Assembly (NCBI GenBank): GCA_963668025.2
Contig: CAXXTH010000017.1
Location: 32,001 to 96,000, forward strand
Reading direction: 5' to 3'
Length of the DNA stretch: 64,000 nucleotides
Origin: Candidatus Hydrogenedentota bacterium
GTDB lineage: Bacteria > Hydrogenedentota > Hydrogenedentia > Hydrogenedentales > SLHB01
Shown piece after piece: positions 1 to 9,802 of this stretch. The first letter of the stretch is position 1; the number at the start of each line of letters is the position of its first letter. The notes beneath the pieces were generated by a model. It did no database searches and was not told the origin of the DNA. It was given only the letters and a program-made list of their open reading frames with translations. The translations under genes were made by a program, and so were the position numbers.

Positions 1-1
1 G

Positions 2-283
2 TAAATCGATCCTAAAAGACTTACTTTTAACGCAAATTGTATGAGTTTTCTGGCCGTTGATATCAAAAGATAGAGTCTTCGTATTCGGAGTAGATACAAT
101 GACTACCGGATTTGCGATTTGTATGTCGCCTTGAGTAGAAACACTGACAGGCGAAATATCAGATCCTATCTGTATAGTGACGCTAGTTTTTGAATACGGT
201 ACATACAGATTTATCTGCAGTCCCTCTGCTTTTACTACTGACGTCGTAAAAGGGCTCTGAGTAATCTTTACTATGGTGCTCAT
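2..283 (-). CDS. Hypothetical beta-rich protein, runs off the window edge (not in ORF track)
   Basis: Manual translation from ATG at 283 with AAGGAG RBS: MSTIVKITQSPFTTSVVKAEGLQINLYVPYSK...SFRIDL, open to the edge; AT-rich like its neighbours. Confidence 0.65.
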   Translation of the reverse strand, partial: MSTIVKITQSPFTTSVVKAEGLQINLYVPYSKTSVTIQIGSDISPVSVSTQGDIQIANPVVIVSTPNTKTLSFDINGQKTHTICVKSKSFRIDL

Positions 284-324
284 ATCTTTTCTCCTTGCTG
301 CAAAGCCTGTGACTCAATCGGTGC

Positions 325-921
325 TCATACACTTTCGCTTCTAGTTTCGCATACGTCTCGTTCTGATGTAGGAAGTCCAATTCTCGACAAGTAAGCAGAG
401 AATCTCTGTGACACGTCTTCACGGAAAAGCGGAGCTATTCGGCAAACGAAATTGGTCTTTCGGAGTTGATGTAGGTACCTCACATTCACAGAAAAATAGT
501 GCTTGAAATCTATGATAGAATCTACTATTGTTTGTGAAAATGAGATAAAGTGATATCGAGGATTGTTGTTTTTACGAAGATTCTTGCCTGGTGTCTTGTT
601 CTTGTTTATCGTCTCCATCGGCATTTTGAGTTCCGATAAATGCTGACCTAAGTAAACATGTTCCGCGTTATAGAGCGGCGCAACAAGTACTGAAATAAGG
701 TATTTGTCAGCGCTATTTTTCTGTGGATTACGAGCCCATCGGAAACGATGATCTTGTTCCAGATCGCAGTCTTGTGTCAGCACGATTACCAGAGGAAACC
801 TGATCTTGGAGATCTCCAGATTCCCTTCGCTTTCCATAGCATATTCTATCATTTCCACATCTCGGAGGATGTCACCTTGGCAAATACGGGGCTTTCTGCC
901 CGTTCTAATCATTGTCGTCAT
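325..921 (-). CDS. Hypothetical protein with a possible PemK/MazF-like pattern
   Basis: 198 aa; motifs QGDIL...VIVLTQDCDL...VLVAPL...IIDF; downstream of the TIGR04255 gene. Confidence 0.7.
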   Translation of the reverse strand: MTTMIRTGRKPRICQGDILRDVEMIEYAMESEGNLEISKIRFPLVIVLTQDCDLEQDHRFRWARNPQKNSADKYLISVLVAPLYNAEHVYLGQHLSELKMPMETINKNKTPGKNLRKNNNPRYHFISFSQTIVDSIIDFKHYFSVNVRYLHQLRKTNFVCRIAPLFREDVSQRFSAYLSRIGLPTSERDVCETRSESV

Positions 922-1081
922 GAGCGATCCTCGCGTGAATCCTTATTCGCGTAGGCTTTCCGGTTCCATATTTATCCACCTCGATGTGCGCGTCGTAAGG
1001 AATAGGCCTGGTTTGCTCAATGCTTGATGTTGTAGATTTCTCCGTATAGTCAGTTTGTATTTCTATGATTTTGTCATGCAT
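905..1081 (-). CDS. Small 58-aa hydrophilic protein (not in ORF track)
   Basis: MHDKIIEIQTDYTEKSTTSSIEQTRPIPYDAHIEVDKYGTGKPTRIRIHARIAHDDND*; fills the gap and overlaps both neighbouring genes. Confidence 0.6.
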   Translation of the reverse strand: MHDKIIEIQTDYTEKSTTSSIEQTRPIPYDAHIEVDKYGTGKPTRIRIHARIAHDDND

Positions 1082-1838
1082 GCATCATCTTCCTAAGTCC
1101 AGCGGTAATACTATCCTCAAAAAGCCGTTGGATTTGCTCATGCGCAATATCTATCATCTTCGCTATATCGGGATAGTCCTGAAGGCCATGATAATAGGCA
1201 TCGATGTCCAAAACAAACGATGGACGACAAATACGCGCAGGATAATCTGGGTTTGCAGCGCCGAATTGAAATTTGATCTGTATATCATTGTCATCTCTGA
1301 ACTCTGCGATGTTAAAGAGACGGGTTACGATATCCTGTTGCGCGGAAAAACGCTCAAACAAACCCAAAAGCCGCGTATCAATGTACTCGCTCCACTTAAA
1401 AGGATCTGAATTTGCAGGTTCGATATTGTTTACATACCGAAGCCCAAAGCGAGCACCTTGCAAGGCCATACGTTCTTTGAATAGTTGCGCAAGAACAGAC
1501 AGGAAATCCTCTTTGAGTTCCTCAAAGGATGAGTATTTTGTGTATGTTACCAGTATCGTGGCGGAAGAGATGACGAGTCGCTTTTCATGATTAAGACCAT
1601 GGTAATTCCATTCAATGATCTCTTCTTGTTTGCCGTGGAACTCTTTCGTAGACAATTGCAGTTCGTGTTTCATGGCCTTTTTTTGTTCACTTATGGGGAA
1701 GCGCTTAACTGCAGCGTTCCCTATTTCAGGTGGAATTCTTTTCCTTAGCAGTTCATCTTCTGCTGCAAAATCTACACGAGCGATGACTTCTTTGAGAAAC
1801 GAATTGTTGTAGCACACGTCGTCATACATAAGGCTCAA
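1074..1838 (-). CDS. TIGR04255 family protein
   Basis: N-terminal YNNSFLKEVIARVDF, central RFGLRYVNNI, C-terminal FVLDIDAY and LFEDSIT; GGAGG RBS before TTG. Confidence 0.85.
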   Translation of the reverse strand: MSLMYDDVCYNNSFLKEVIARVDFAAEDELLRKRIPPEIGNAAVKRFPISEQKKAMKHELQLSTKEFHGKQEEIIEWNYHGLNHEKRLVISSATILVTYTKYSSFEELKEDFLSVLAQLFKERMALQGARFGLRYVNNIEPANSDPFKWSEYIDTRLLGLFERFSAQQDIVTRLFNIAEFRDDNDIQIKFQFGAANPDYPARICRPSFVLDIDAYYHGLQDYPDIAKMIDIAHEQIQRLFEDSITAGLRKMMHA

Positions 1839-2009
1839 TGCCTCCTATCTACCAATCTTCCCCATATCCGTTATGGAATAGGCTACTGTATTTCCACGTT
1901 CCACCTAGGTCGTCAAGCTCCACAACACTTTATAACTGTTTTTCCAAGGAATCAAATGTCAGATTGGACGCCCAGTACATCTCGACATTACCGTTCTTCA
2001 AACGGGATC

Positions 2010-3700
2010 ATTATTACCTCTTCTCCTTCAGCCCGTAGTCCATCACATGGATGAACCGGGCGGGGATGCAGCCGAACACGGGGATGCCGAGGCTCTTCCC
2101 GATGAAGGAGCGATATTCATCGGGGTCCGGTTCGGAAAGCGGTAGATGATGCCGCCACCGGACTTATTCTAGATCCAGCGCATCAGCTTCACGTCCGTTT
2201 CCCAGTCCCCTTGGAAACCTCGTACCGGCCAAAGTAGGAGCCATATACGAGCTGGTCGCCCAAGGTAGTTGGCCACAACGTGTCGCGTGTGGCGGCTTGT
2301 ACAGCCAGCTTCCACGCCGGACTATCCAGGTCTTCCATAAACGCTCGTATTCGACGGGCTTTTCTCTCCCCAGTCAATCCCTCGGCGCGCGCGATTCGTG
2401 ACGCTAGAACGCCCACTTCCATCTCACACCGCATGGATTTTTGGAACTCATCCCACGCGGTTAGAGAGGTCAAACCGCATTTTTGGATAGCGCCCGCAGT
2501 TATGTTGAAGAACGATGCGGCGAGCTTCCCGATATCCGATTCTGGCTTCAAGTAAGGGGAAGACAAGCGTTTAACGTCTTCCTTGCTCATGTACTCACCG
2601 GTGACTTCCATACTCCACATGGGCAAATCGTACTTGTATGAATCCACAAGCGCCCGCGAGGCCCGCACGAACCCGGGAAGCAGGCCACGAATCATGTACT
2701 CGATCTCGTCGGGGTGCAGCCGCGCATTGAGCGGGTCGCCCTTTCCGATGGCGTACATCCCTTCGTTCACCACTGCCGAGGCAAGCCGCCGCACCGACAT
2801 ATTCCAGGCGTTCCACGCCGCGTTGGATACGACGTTGGCGACCTGAGACCCTGGGCCGCTGAAGAGAGCGTTTAAATACCATTGAAATGCCGCGTTCCAT
2901 CCGGTGTTCTTGGCGGCCGCCGTGGCACGCATGGCTTGCGCGAGTTTCACCCGAAGGGGCCGATTCTCTCCAATCCGGCGCGGCACGAGGTTGTCTTGCT
3001 GGGAGAGTTCGTCCGAGATCGTGGAGATGTCGATCCCCCTGTTCTTCAGTTCCGTAACGAGCTGTTGCGCCTGCTTGGCCTGCCGTTGCTTCAATCCTCG
3101 TCGTTTCACGCGCGCCCGCGCTTTCTCCTCGGCACTCGTCTCGGAACTGTCCAGCACCCGTTGCACCCGTTTTAACTGGTCTGCAAGCGCTTTTGTAGGG
3201 GAATAGATCAATTCGTTCACAGCCCACAGTGCGCGTTGTTCCGGCGTCATGGTCTCGTCGTATGCGCTTCCGAGGGTATCCGCTATCTGCGAGCGCATGC
3301 CACGATATGCCTCGAACAGGGAGCTCATCCGCCGTACGTTGTCCAGGTCCCCCAACTGCTGGCTGGCCATCCGCGAGATGACACGCCGCAACGCGTAGTC
3401 TTCGGGCGGAGAGAGCAACTGGCCGGACTGAATCTTCTGCAATAGGCTATCCGAGGCCCCCGGCTGGCTTGCAATTTCGTTGCCGATACGCCGCATTTCT
3501 TCACGGTTCCACCCCTGGAATCGCTGCATATTCTCGTCCATGGCGGCAACAAACTGCCGTTCCTGCTGGGTCCGGCCAGGATTCTGTAGGTCTGGCCGCC
3601 CAACGGATAGCCCCGCGTCAAACCGCTCCTCGCTCTTCGCGCCTTATTGCGTTGAATAGGTTTGACTTCACCAAGCAGGTGAGCCTGCGTATTTCCTGTT
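2010..3700 (-). pseudogene. Decayed fragment of a phage giant (ejection/large polyvalent-type) protein gene; the 2189-3541 ORF is the longest surviving piece
   Basis: Motif YLNALFSGPGSQVANVVSN; in-frame stops upstream of 3541; continuation FPNRTPMNI in a shifted frame after a TAG near 2110-2170; boundaries approximate. Confidence 0.55.
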
Positions 3701-3724
3701 ACGAGATATCAAAGCATCTTTCCT

Positions 3725-3754
3725 TTGACAACTCTCCGCGCCAACAGGTAGCAT
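3725..3754 (+). promoter_or_regulatory. Putative sigma70 promoter
   Basis: TTGACA-N18-TAGCAT, 14 nt before ATG 3769. Confidence 0.45.
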
Positions 3755-3768
3755 CGCGCCTGTGCGCC

Positions 3769-6633
3769 ATGAAAACGAAACACTCTCCAGAAGGCCATGA
3801 AGGCCCTTCGCACGCCGCCGCACAAGCCCGCTGGGGCTTGTTCGCTGCGGTGTTGCTGTTCTTTTTCCTATCAGGCGCGTGCGGGCTTCTATATCAAGTC
3901 GTATGGACCCGCAAGCTGGTGCTCCTCTTCGGCACGACGGCTTATGCCGTTAGCACAGTGCTGGCGGTGTTTTTTATGGGTATGGGGGCGGGCAGCCTGT
4001 GGGGCGGGTGCCTGGCCGCGCGTACCAACCGCCCGCTGTTTCTATATGGCCTGTTCGAGATATTAATTGGCCTATGGGCCGTGGCGTTCATTTTTCTGGC
4101 GGGGCATGGCAGTGAAGCCGTGGCGGTGCTGTTGCGGCCTTTTGCGGCCTCGCGCGCCTTGGGCATCGTACTGCGCGGCCTGCTGGCCCTTGCATTTCTC
4201 ATCGCGCCCGTGACGCTGATGGGTGCGACGCTGCCGCTGTTGTCACAGTTTGTGGCGCGCGAGCGGCGCGTATTGGGCATGCGCGTCGGCGCATTGTATA
4301 CGCTGAACACCTTCGGAGCCGTAGCGGGATGCGCGTTCGCGGGCTTCTATCTCATCGAACATATGGGATATATGCGCGCCACGTTCCTAGGCGCGGCGGC
4401 CAATGCGCTTGTAGGTGCGGCGGCGATGGCGCTGGGACGTACGCCTGCGCCTGCCGTAGCGGCGGAATCGCCCGCATCCGCACCGGTGGAAACGCCCATA
4501 TCCAGCGGCTTGGCCAGGCTCGTGGCGGCGGCATTCGTCGTGTCGGGTTTTTGCACGCTTGCCCTTGAGGTGATCTGGACACGCCTGCTCGCCATTCTGT
4601 TCACGGGCACCACCTATGCCTTCACCGCCATGCTCGCCACTATTCTTTGCGGCATCGCGGTGGGCGCGGCGGTGGCTTCTCTCACGGTGGACCGCATTGG
4701 CCGTGGAAAGCGTGCGCCCTGGCTGCTGGGTATTGCGCTGCTGGGCGCGTCCTGCTGCTGCTTGTTTTCCCTTGGCTCTCGCGGATTCGCGGGCGCTTCC
4801 GAGATCTACAACCAGCTCAGGCTCGATGCGGGCTACGCTTGGAGCGGCGTGGTCTGGGCTAAATTCTCGCTTGCGTTCCGTATTTTGTTTCCGCCCACGT
4901 TTTTCCTGGGCATGACGTTCCCCTTCGCGGTGAAGGCCATCGCGGGCTATCGCGGCTCGATCGGGCATGATGTGGGGCGGCTCTATTTTCTCAACACCTG
5001 CGGCGGCATCGTGGGCGCGTTGGCGGGGGGGTATGTGTTGCTCCCGCTCGTGGGCGCTCATCGCGGTGTTATCGGCCTTGCCGTGTTGCTGGGGCTCATG
5101 GGCCTGGCCCTCACGCTGGCGGGCCTGTCATCGAATCATGCGATGCGCCGCGTGGTGCAAGGCGTATTGGCGCTGGGTTTGGCCATGTGTGCGGCGTGGT
5201 TTGGATGGAAGGCCGTTTCCGGGCCGAATGTGGGCTATGTCCTCACCAAAGCCAATTTCCCGGAACAGAATAAAGACATTTACTTCTCCGAAGGCACGGA
5301 AGGCACCGTTGCGGTCTCAGAAGAGCCGGGAACGGGCAACTACACGGACCGGGTGTTGTGGATCAACGGCGTGCAGGCCACGGCTTCCATCGAAAAAGGC
5401 GTTAAGATGAACCGGTTCCAGGGCGTGTTGCCGCTTCTGTTCAACCGCGACCCGCGTGAGGTGCTGCTGATGTGCTTCGGCTCGGGCATCACGGCGGGCA
5501 CGCTCGCCGCGTCCGGTTATGACCGTGTGGACGCCGTCGAGATCGACCCGCTGGTGTATGAAGCCGCGCCGCTCTTCTCACGCGACAACCTGGATGTCAT
5601 GACCCGGCCCAACATGCGCTTCTTGGTGGATGACGGGCGCAATTATCTCTTGGCTTCGCGCAGCCGGTATGATTTCATCACCTTCGAACCCATGCCGCTG
5701 GCCCTGGCGGGCGTTTCCACGTTCTACACGCGGGAGTATTACCAGCTCTGCCTCGAACGCCTGAATCCCGGGGGCATGGTGTCGCAGTGGATACCGCTGC
5801 ACAGCCTCAACATCGAGGTGGTGCGCTCGCTCACGCGGACCTTCACCTCTGTCTTTCCCGAATATTGCGCCTGGTTCGTGAACGCCGACTTGTTCCTGAT
5901 CGGCTCGGCGGAGCCGCTCGAGATCGACTATGCCGCCGCCGAAAAACGCCTGGCTCGCCCCGAGCTGCGTAGCGCCCTCGCTGCGGTGGGGCTGGATGAC
6001 ACGACGGAACTGCTTTCGTGTTTTGTCATGGGCAAAGAAGCGCTGGAACGGTTCGCCGGTGAAGGCCGTATCATGACGGACGACCGGCCCTGGGCCGAGT
6101 TCGAAGCCCCGCGCTTGATGTATGAGCGTACCGTGCAGGAGAGCCTGAAAGCGCTGCGGGCAGCCATGGAAAGCCCGGCGTCTGGCCTCTCCACCGAAGG
6201 CATGCCTTCCCTTGAGGCCGGGGCAGCCAAGGCCGCCGTGGAACGCCGTTTTCAGGCGAAAGTGGCCGGGTTGCAGGGATTGATGGCCTATTATGGCGGC
6301 TCGTTCGGCTCGGAGCCCGAGGAGGGATTCATCGAGGCCCTGCGCGTGGATCCCGGCGACCGGTCCGCTTTGTATTACCTGCGGGAATTGGCGCGCCAGC
6401 GCACGGAGCTGTTCATCCGCTGGGAAAAATATGACGAAGCCCAGCAGATGCTGGATGCGTTCATCCTCGCCGCCCCGCGTGAAATGACATTTCACCTGTA
6501 TCTGGGCGATGTGCAATATGCGCGCGGCGACACCGCCAGCGCGATGAACGAATACGCCCAATATCTGGCCCTGGGCGGCACAGAAGCGCGCGCGAAAGAA
6601 CGGGTCCGCGCGTTGAATGGCGCGGCACAATAA
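3769..6633 (+). CDS. Fused MFS-like membrane domain / spermidine synthase-like protein with C-terminal TPR-like region
   Basis: SGACGLLYQVVWTR and duplicated MGATLP/LYTLNTFGA membrane repeats; FGSGITAG, VEIDP and DDGRNYL SAM-binding motifs; start moved to ATG 3769. Confidence 0.9.
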   Translation: MKTKHSPEGHEGPSHAAAQARWGLFAAVLLFFFLSGACGLLYQVVWTRKLVLLFGTTAYAVSTVLAVFFMGMGAGSLWGGCLAARTNRPLFLYGLFEILIGLWAVAFIFLAGHGSEAVAVLLRPFAASRALGIVLRGLLALAFLIAPVTLMGATLPLLSQFVARERRVLGMRVGALYTLNTFGAVAGCAFAGFYLIEHMGYMRATFLGAAANALVGAAAMALGRTPAPAVAAESPASAPVETPISSGLARLVAAAFVVSGFCTLALEVIWTRLLAILFTGTTYAFTAMLATILCGIAVGAAVASLTVDRIGRGKRAPWLLGIALLGASCCCLFSLGSRGFAGASEIYNQLRLDAGYAWSGVVWAKFSLAFRILFPPTFFLGMTFPFAVKAIAGYRGSIGHDVGRLYFLNTCGGIVGALAGGYVLLPLVGAHRGVIGLAVLLGLMGLALTLAGLSSNHAMRRVVQGVLALGLAMCAAWFGWKAVSGPNVGYVLTKANFPEQNKDIYFSEGTEGTVAVSEEPGTGNYTDRVLWINGVQATASIEKGVKMNRFQGVLPLLFNRDPREVLLMCFGSGITAGTLAASGYDRVDAVEIDPLVYEAAPLFSRDNLDVMTRPNMRFLVDDGRNYLLASRSRYDFITFEPMPLALAGVSTFYTREYYQLCLERLNPGGMVSQWIPLHSLNIEVVRSLTRTFTSVFPEYCAWFVNADLFLIGSAEPLEIDYAAAEKRLARPELRSALAAVGLDDTTELLSCFVMGKEALERFAGEGRIMTDDRPWAEFEAPRLMYERTVQESLKALRAAMESPASGLSTEGMPSLEAGAAKAAVERRFQAKVAGLQGLMAYYGGSFGSEPEEGFIEALRVDPGDRSALYYLRELARQRTELFIRWEKYDEAQQMLDAFILAAPREMTFHLYLGDVQYARGDTASAMNEYAQYLALGGTEARAKERVRALNGAAQ

Positions 6634-6667
6634 AGCGGCTTAACAAACCCGCCGGGGGAGCATATCA

Positions 6668-7471
6668 TTGATTGTATTTCTCAAGGCCATTGCGCTGGGC
6701 ATTGTGGAAGGCGTCACGGAATTCTTGCCGATCAGCAGCACGGGCCATTTGGTGCTGGTCGAGGACTGGCTTGAGCTGGGGCTGGGCGAGGCATTCGCGA
6801 AGGCCTTCAGCGTCGCCATTCAATTGCCCGCTATCCTGGCAGTGGTGCTGTATTTCTGGCGAATGCTGTTTCCCTTCGGGAAAGGTGTTTCAGAGCGCAA
6901 CGCCACGTTCATGCTCTACGCCAAGATTATCGTTGCCGTGCTGCCCGCCATCGTGCTGGGGGTGTTGTTTGATGACCTAATCGAATCCTATCTCCTCTAT
7001 CCTCTTCCGGTAGCGCTGGCCCTGCTCATTGGCGGCATCGTGCTGATCTGGATCGAGTCGCGCCATGGGCGGGAACGCTGTACATCGCTCGCTGAGATGG
7101 GATTTCCCATGGCTTTTTACATTGGTTTTTTTCAATGCCTAGCCATGCTTCCGGGCACATCGCGGTCGGCGGCCACGATCATCGGCGCGATGTTATTGGG
7201 GGCGAGCCGCCCTGTGGCAGCGGAGTTCTCGTTTTTCCTGGCCATTCCGACCATGCTCGGGGCCACCACGGTGACACTGTACAAGCACGGAGGCCATTTC
7301 ACCTCACTGCAATGGGCCGTGCTGGCCGTGGGGAGCGCCGTGTCTTTCCTGGTGGCGTACGCCTCCATCGCCTTTTTGATGCGCTTTATCCAAAGCCACG
7401 ACTTCAAGCCGTTCGGTTATTATCGCATCGCCTTGGCGCTCATCGTACTGGCGGCATACCTGCTGGGATAA
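6668..7471 (+). CDS. uppP: Undecaprenyl-diphosphate phosphatase
   Basis: EGVTEFLPISSTGH and PGTSRS motifs. Confidence 0.95.
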   Translation: MIVFLKAIALGIVEGVTEFLPISSTGHLVLVEDWLELGLGEAFAKAFSVAIQLPAILAVVLYFWRMLFPFGKGVSERNATFMLYAKIIVAVLPAIVLGVLFDDLIESYLLYPLPVALALLIGGIVLIWIESRHGRERCTSLAEMGFPMAFYIGFFQCLAMLPGTSRSAATIIGAMLLGASRPVAAEFSFFLAIPTMLGATTVTLYKHGGHFTSLQWAVLAVGSAVSFLVAYASIAFLMRFIQSHDFKPFGYYRIALALIVLAAYLLG

Positions 7472-7596
7472 AGCGGCTTATTCAGAATGACAAACCGAAC
7501 AACAAAACAAAAGAGAACCAGACACGCTAATACCATTACCGATTCAATAAGCCGCATGGCGAATCCGCGATGAGTGGATGTAATCAAAGATGAGGC

Positions 7597-8223
7597 TCAG
7601 CCGCCAGGCGCCGAAGGTGCATCAGGCTCATAGGGAATGGATACGGGCTCGGATAGAAGTGCGAAGTCGTTCTTGGACAGCTTGCCGCTGACGAACGCCA
7701 CAATCATATATCCCCCGCCTTTGAGGGGCTTGATCACGCCGGAATCTTGATACGCCAGCAGCCCCATATCGAAGCGAGTCTGCCGAGACCAGTCAATGTC
7801 TTCCGCATGGCCATACCACCAAGCGCCAAGGTAGCCGTCGCCGCCATCCTTGGGCGCGGAATCCGCGATGGTCGAAAAAACCTCATGAGCGCCAAGGGCG
7901 TCATCGCGTGCGCCGAATCCATATCCCTCGATGCTGCCCACCATCCGCAAATCGAAGTCCGGCTTGCGGCAATAGACGGTTAAAATCCCAATAGGTTGGT
8001 TATCGGGCGGCATGTTGGCGGGGAGATATTCGACATTGGCCCGCACCATGCGCCCAGCGGCGCGCACATTCGACAGCTTGAATGGAAATTCTTTGGGCTC
8101 GATGGGCTTTGGCTCTTCCGAGCAGCCGCCGAGCAGGATCATGGCGCAAACGCATGCCATGGCGAGCAGACGGGCCGCATGCCTTGGGTTTCGGGTTTCG
8201 GATTTCAGTTCGTTGGAATACAT
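7597..8223 (-). CDS. Putative lipoprotein
   Basis: Hydrophobic stretch ending ILLGGC (lipobox); start uncertain. Confidence 0.65.
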   Translation of the reverse strand: MYSNELKSETRNPRHAARLLAMACVCAMILLGGCSEEPKPIEPKEFPFKLSNVRAAGRMVRANVEYLPANMPPDNQPIGILTVYCRKPDFDLRMVGSIEGYGFGARDDALGAHEVFSTIADSAPKDGGDGYLGAWWYGHAEDIDWSRQTRFDMGLLAYQDSGVIKPLKGGGYMIVAFVSGKLSKNDFALLSEPVSIPYEPDAPSAPGG

Positions 8224-8302
8224 GCCACCTGGAACCGCGCAACGCACACTTCGCCTCTTAACAAAATGCATGGGAGCCTTTCCTGTAAAAACAGCCGCCG
8301 GA

Positions 8303-9589
8303 TTACTGCTTCCGGGGCCGTGGATGATTCTTTTTATACCGCTTTCCCGTGGTCCAAATCACCAGCGCGCAACAGGCGTATGCCGCTTTGCCGGAGCCGC
8401 CGCATCCGCCGGTTCCGGGCTTCGATAGTGTAAGCTCCACGGCGGTCACTGTGATGGACGACACCGTGACTTGTTCGGATTCGCTTGTATACCCGTCCGC
8501 CGCAGCTTCCACATCGTGCTGGCCCGAAGAAACCGCATCGAATATGAAAGTCAGACTCGTGGCGTCCCTCACGCCCGCTACTCCCGAAAGGGTGCATGTC
8601 GGATTGACGCCGTCCGAAACAGGGTCGCCCGCTGAATCTAGGAGGCTCACCACGACCGTCCCCGGCCCGATGCTCTTCGTGAAGTAATCCGTCGTATCCA
8701 CATCGCCAGCCGTTTTATCGTCAATCTCGGTGGCATCGGCAGTGCCCCAATCGTTGGATTCGGCGCTTACTTCTTCATCCGTTACGTTTTGGACATACAG
8801 GCCCTCCGTATCATCGAACTGGTTGAGGCCTGTCTTCTCGATATTTTCGGAGTCGCCCAGCATGGGAACCGTTTCGCCCGACTGCTTATCGGCGGCGTAA
8901 TCCACATAAACCGCCGCGACGGTGGTGCTCTCAAAACGGCACCGGGTGATATTCACCCCAGACCCATAAGCCGCCACGCCATACGCATGGTTGATGATTT
9001 TACAGTCGGCTATGCTCGTTTTCATCCATTCGCCCCCGTACACTTCGACGGCGGTGGTGTCTCTCGCTGCCGTTCCCGTAATCGAGCATTGCCACAGCGA
9101 AGTGATTTTACCCGATGCGCCATACATCCGCACGCATGCCGTGTCGAATGCACCTGCGGAGCCTTTAACAGAAATGGAGCCTGCCGCCTGGATATCGAAG
9201 CCCAGCACATTTGAACTAGGCCCCATGGTGATACACGCGCCGTATCCCGGCAGTTCGATGACCGGCGTGTTCCATCCGATGAGATTCACGCCCGGCGCTA
9301 CGGTTATCCCGGAGATGGGCGCTTCATATGGCACAGTCACATTGTTTACGATGACGCTCCACCCAAGGGTGGCGGGATGATTTTCGGCCATGGACGCCGC
9401 GATGGACAAAGCATAGGGTATGCTTTGAAACGGCTGGCTGATGGTTCCGTAAACCGTGGCGTCTCCGTCAATTCCATCCACATTGTTGACGAAATATGTA
9501 TTTAGGTAAGTTTCCCCTGACGCCTGCCCCCCAGCGAATAAGGCGATCCCCACCCACACAGGAAGTAAAAAACGTATCCGTGCATCCAT
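8303..9589 (-). CDS. Secreted protein: pectin-lyase-like beta-helix, carboxypeptidase-regulatory-like domain, C-terminal GGCGG-hydrophobic-basic tail
   Basis: Signal peptide; GTISQPFQSIPYAL and SNDWGT motifs; VEAAADGYTS; tail TGGCGGSGKAAYACCALVIWTTGKRYKK. Confidence 0.7.
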   Translation of the reverse strand: MDARIRFLLPVWVGIALFAGGQASGETYLNTYFVNNVDGIDGDATVYGTISQPFQSIPYALSIAASMAENHPATLGWSVIVNNVTVPYEAPISGITVAPGVNLIGWNTPVIELPGYGACITMGPSSNVLGFDIQAAGSISVKGSAGAFDTACVRMYGASGKITSLWQCSITGTAARDTTAVEVYGGEWMKTSIADCKIINHAYGVAAYGSGVNITRCRFESTTVAAVYVDYAADKQSGETVPMLGDSENIEKTGLNQFDDTEGLYVQNVTDEEVSAESNDWGTADATEIDDKTAGDVDTTDYFTKSIGPGTVVVSLLDSAGDPVSDGVNPTCTLSGVAGVRDATSLTFIFDAVSSGQHDVEAAADGYTSESEQVTVSSITVTAVELTLSKPGTGGCGGSGKAAYACCALVIWTTGKRYKKNHPRPRKQ

Positions 9590-9802
9590 GTCGCATGCCC
9601 CTTATGCGTCGGCGCGCCTTGGGCGAAGCACTTCACGCCCAGCAACACGCAGGGCTTCCGCGCCCATCCATTCACAGCAGCACTTCCAACTCATCTTATC
9701 CCTGCATGGAAAAAGTGTCAAGGCGGCGCTTAACGGCGCTTTTTCACATCAGGTGCGCTGTTGTGTATCGCGTTTCATGGATAACAGGATGGTTCCCGGG
9801 CG

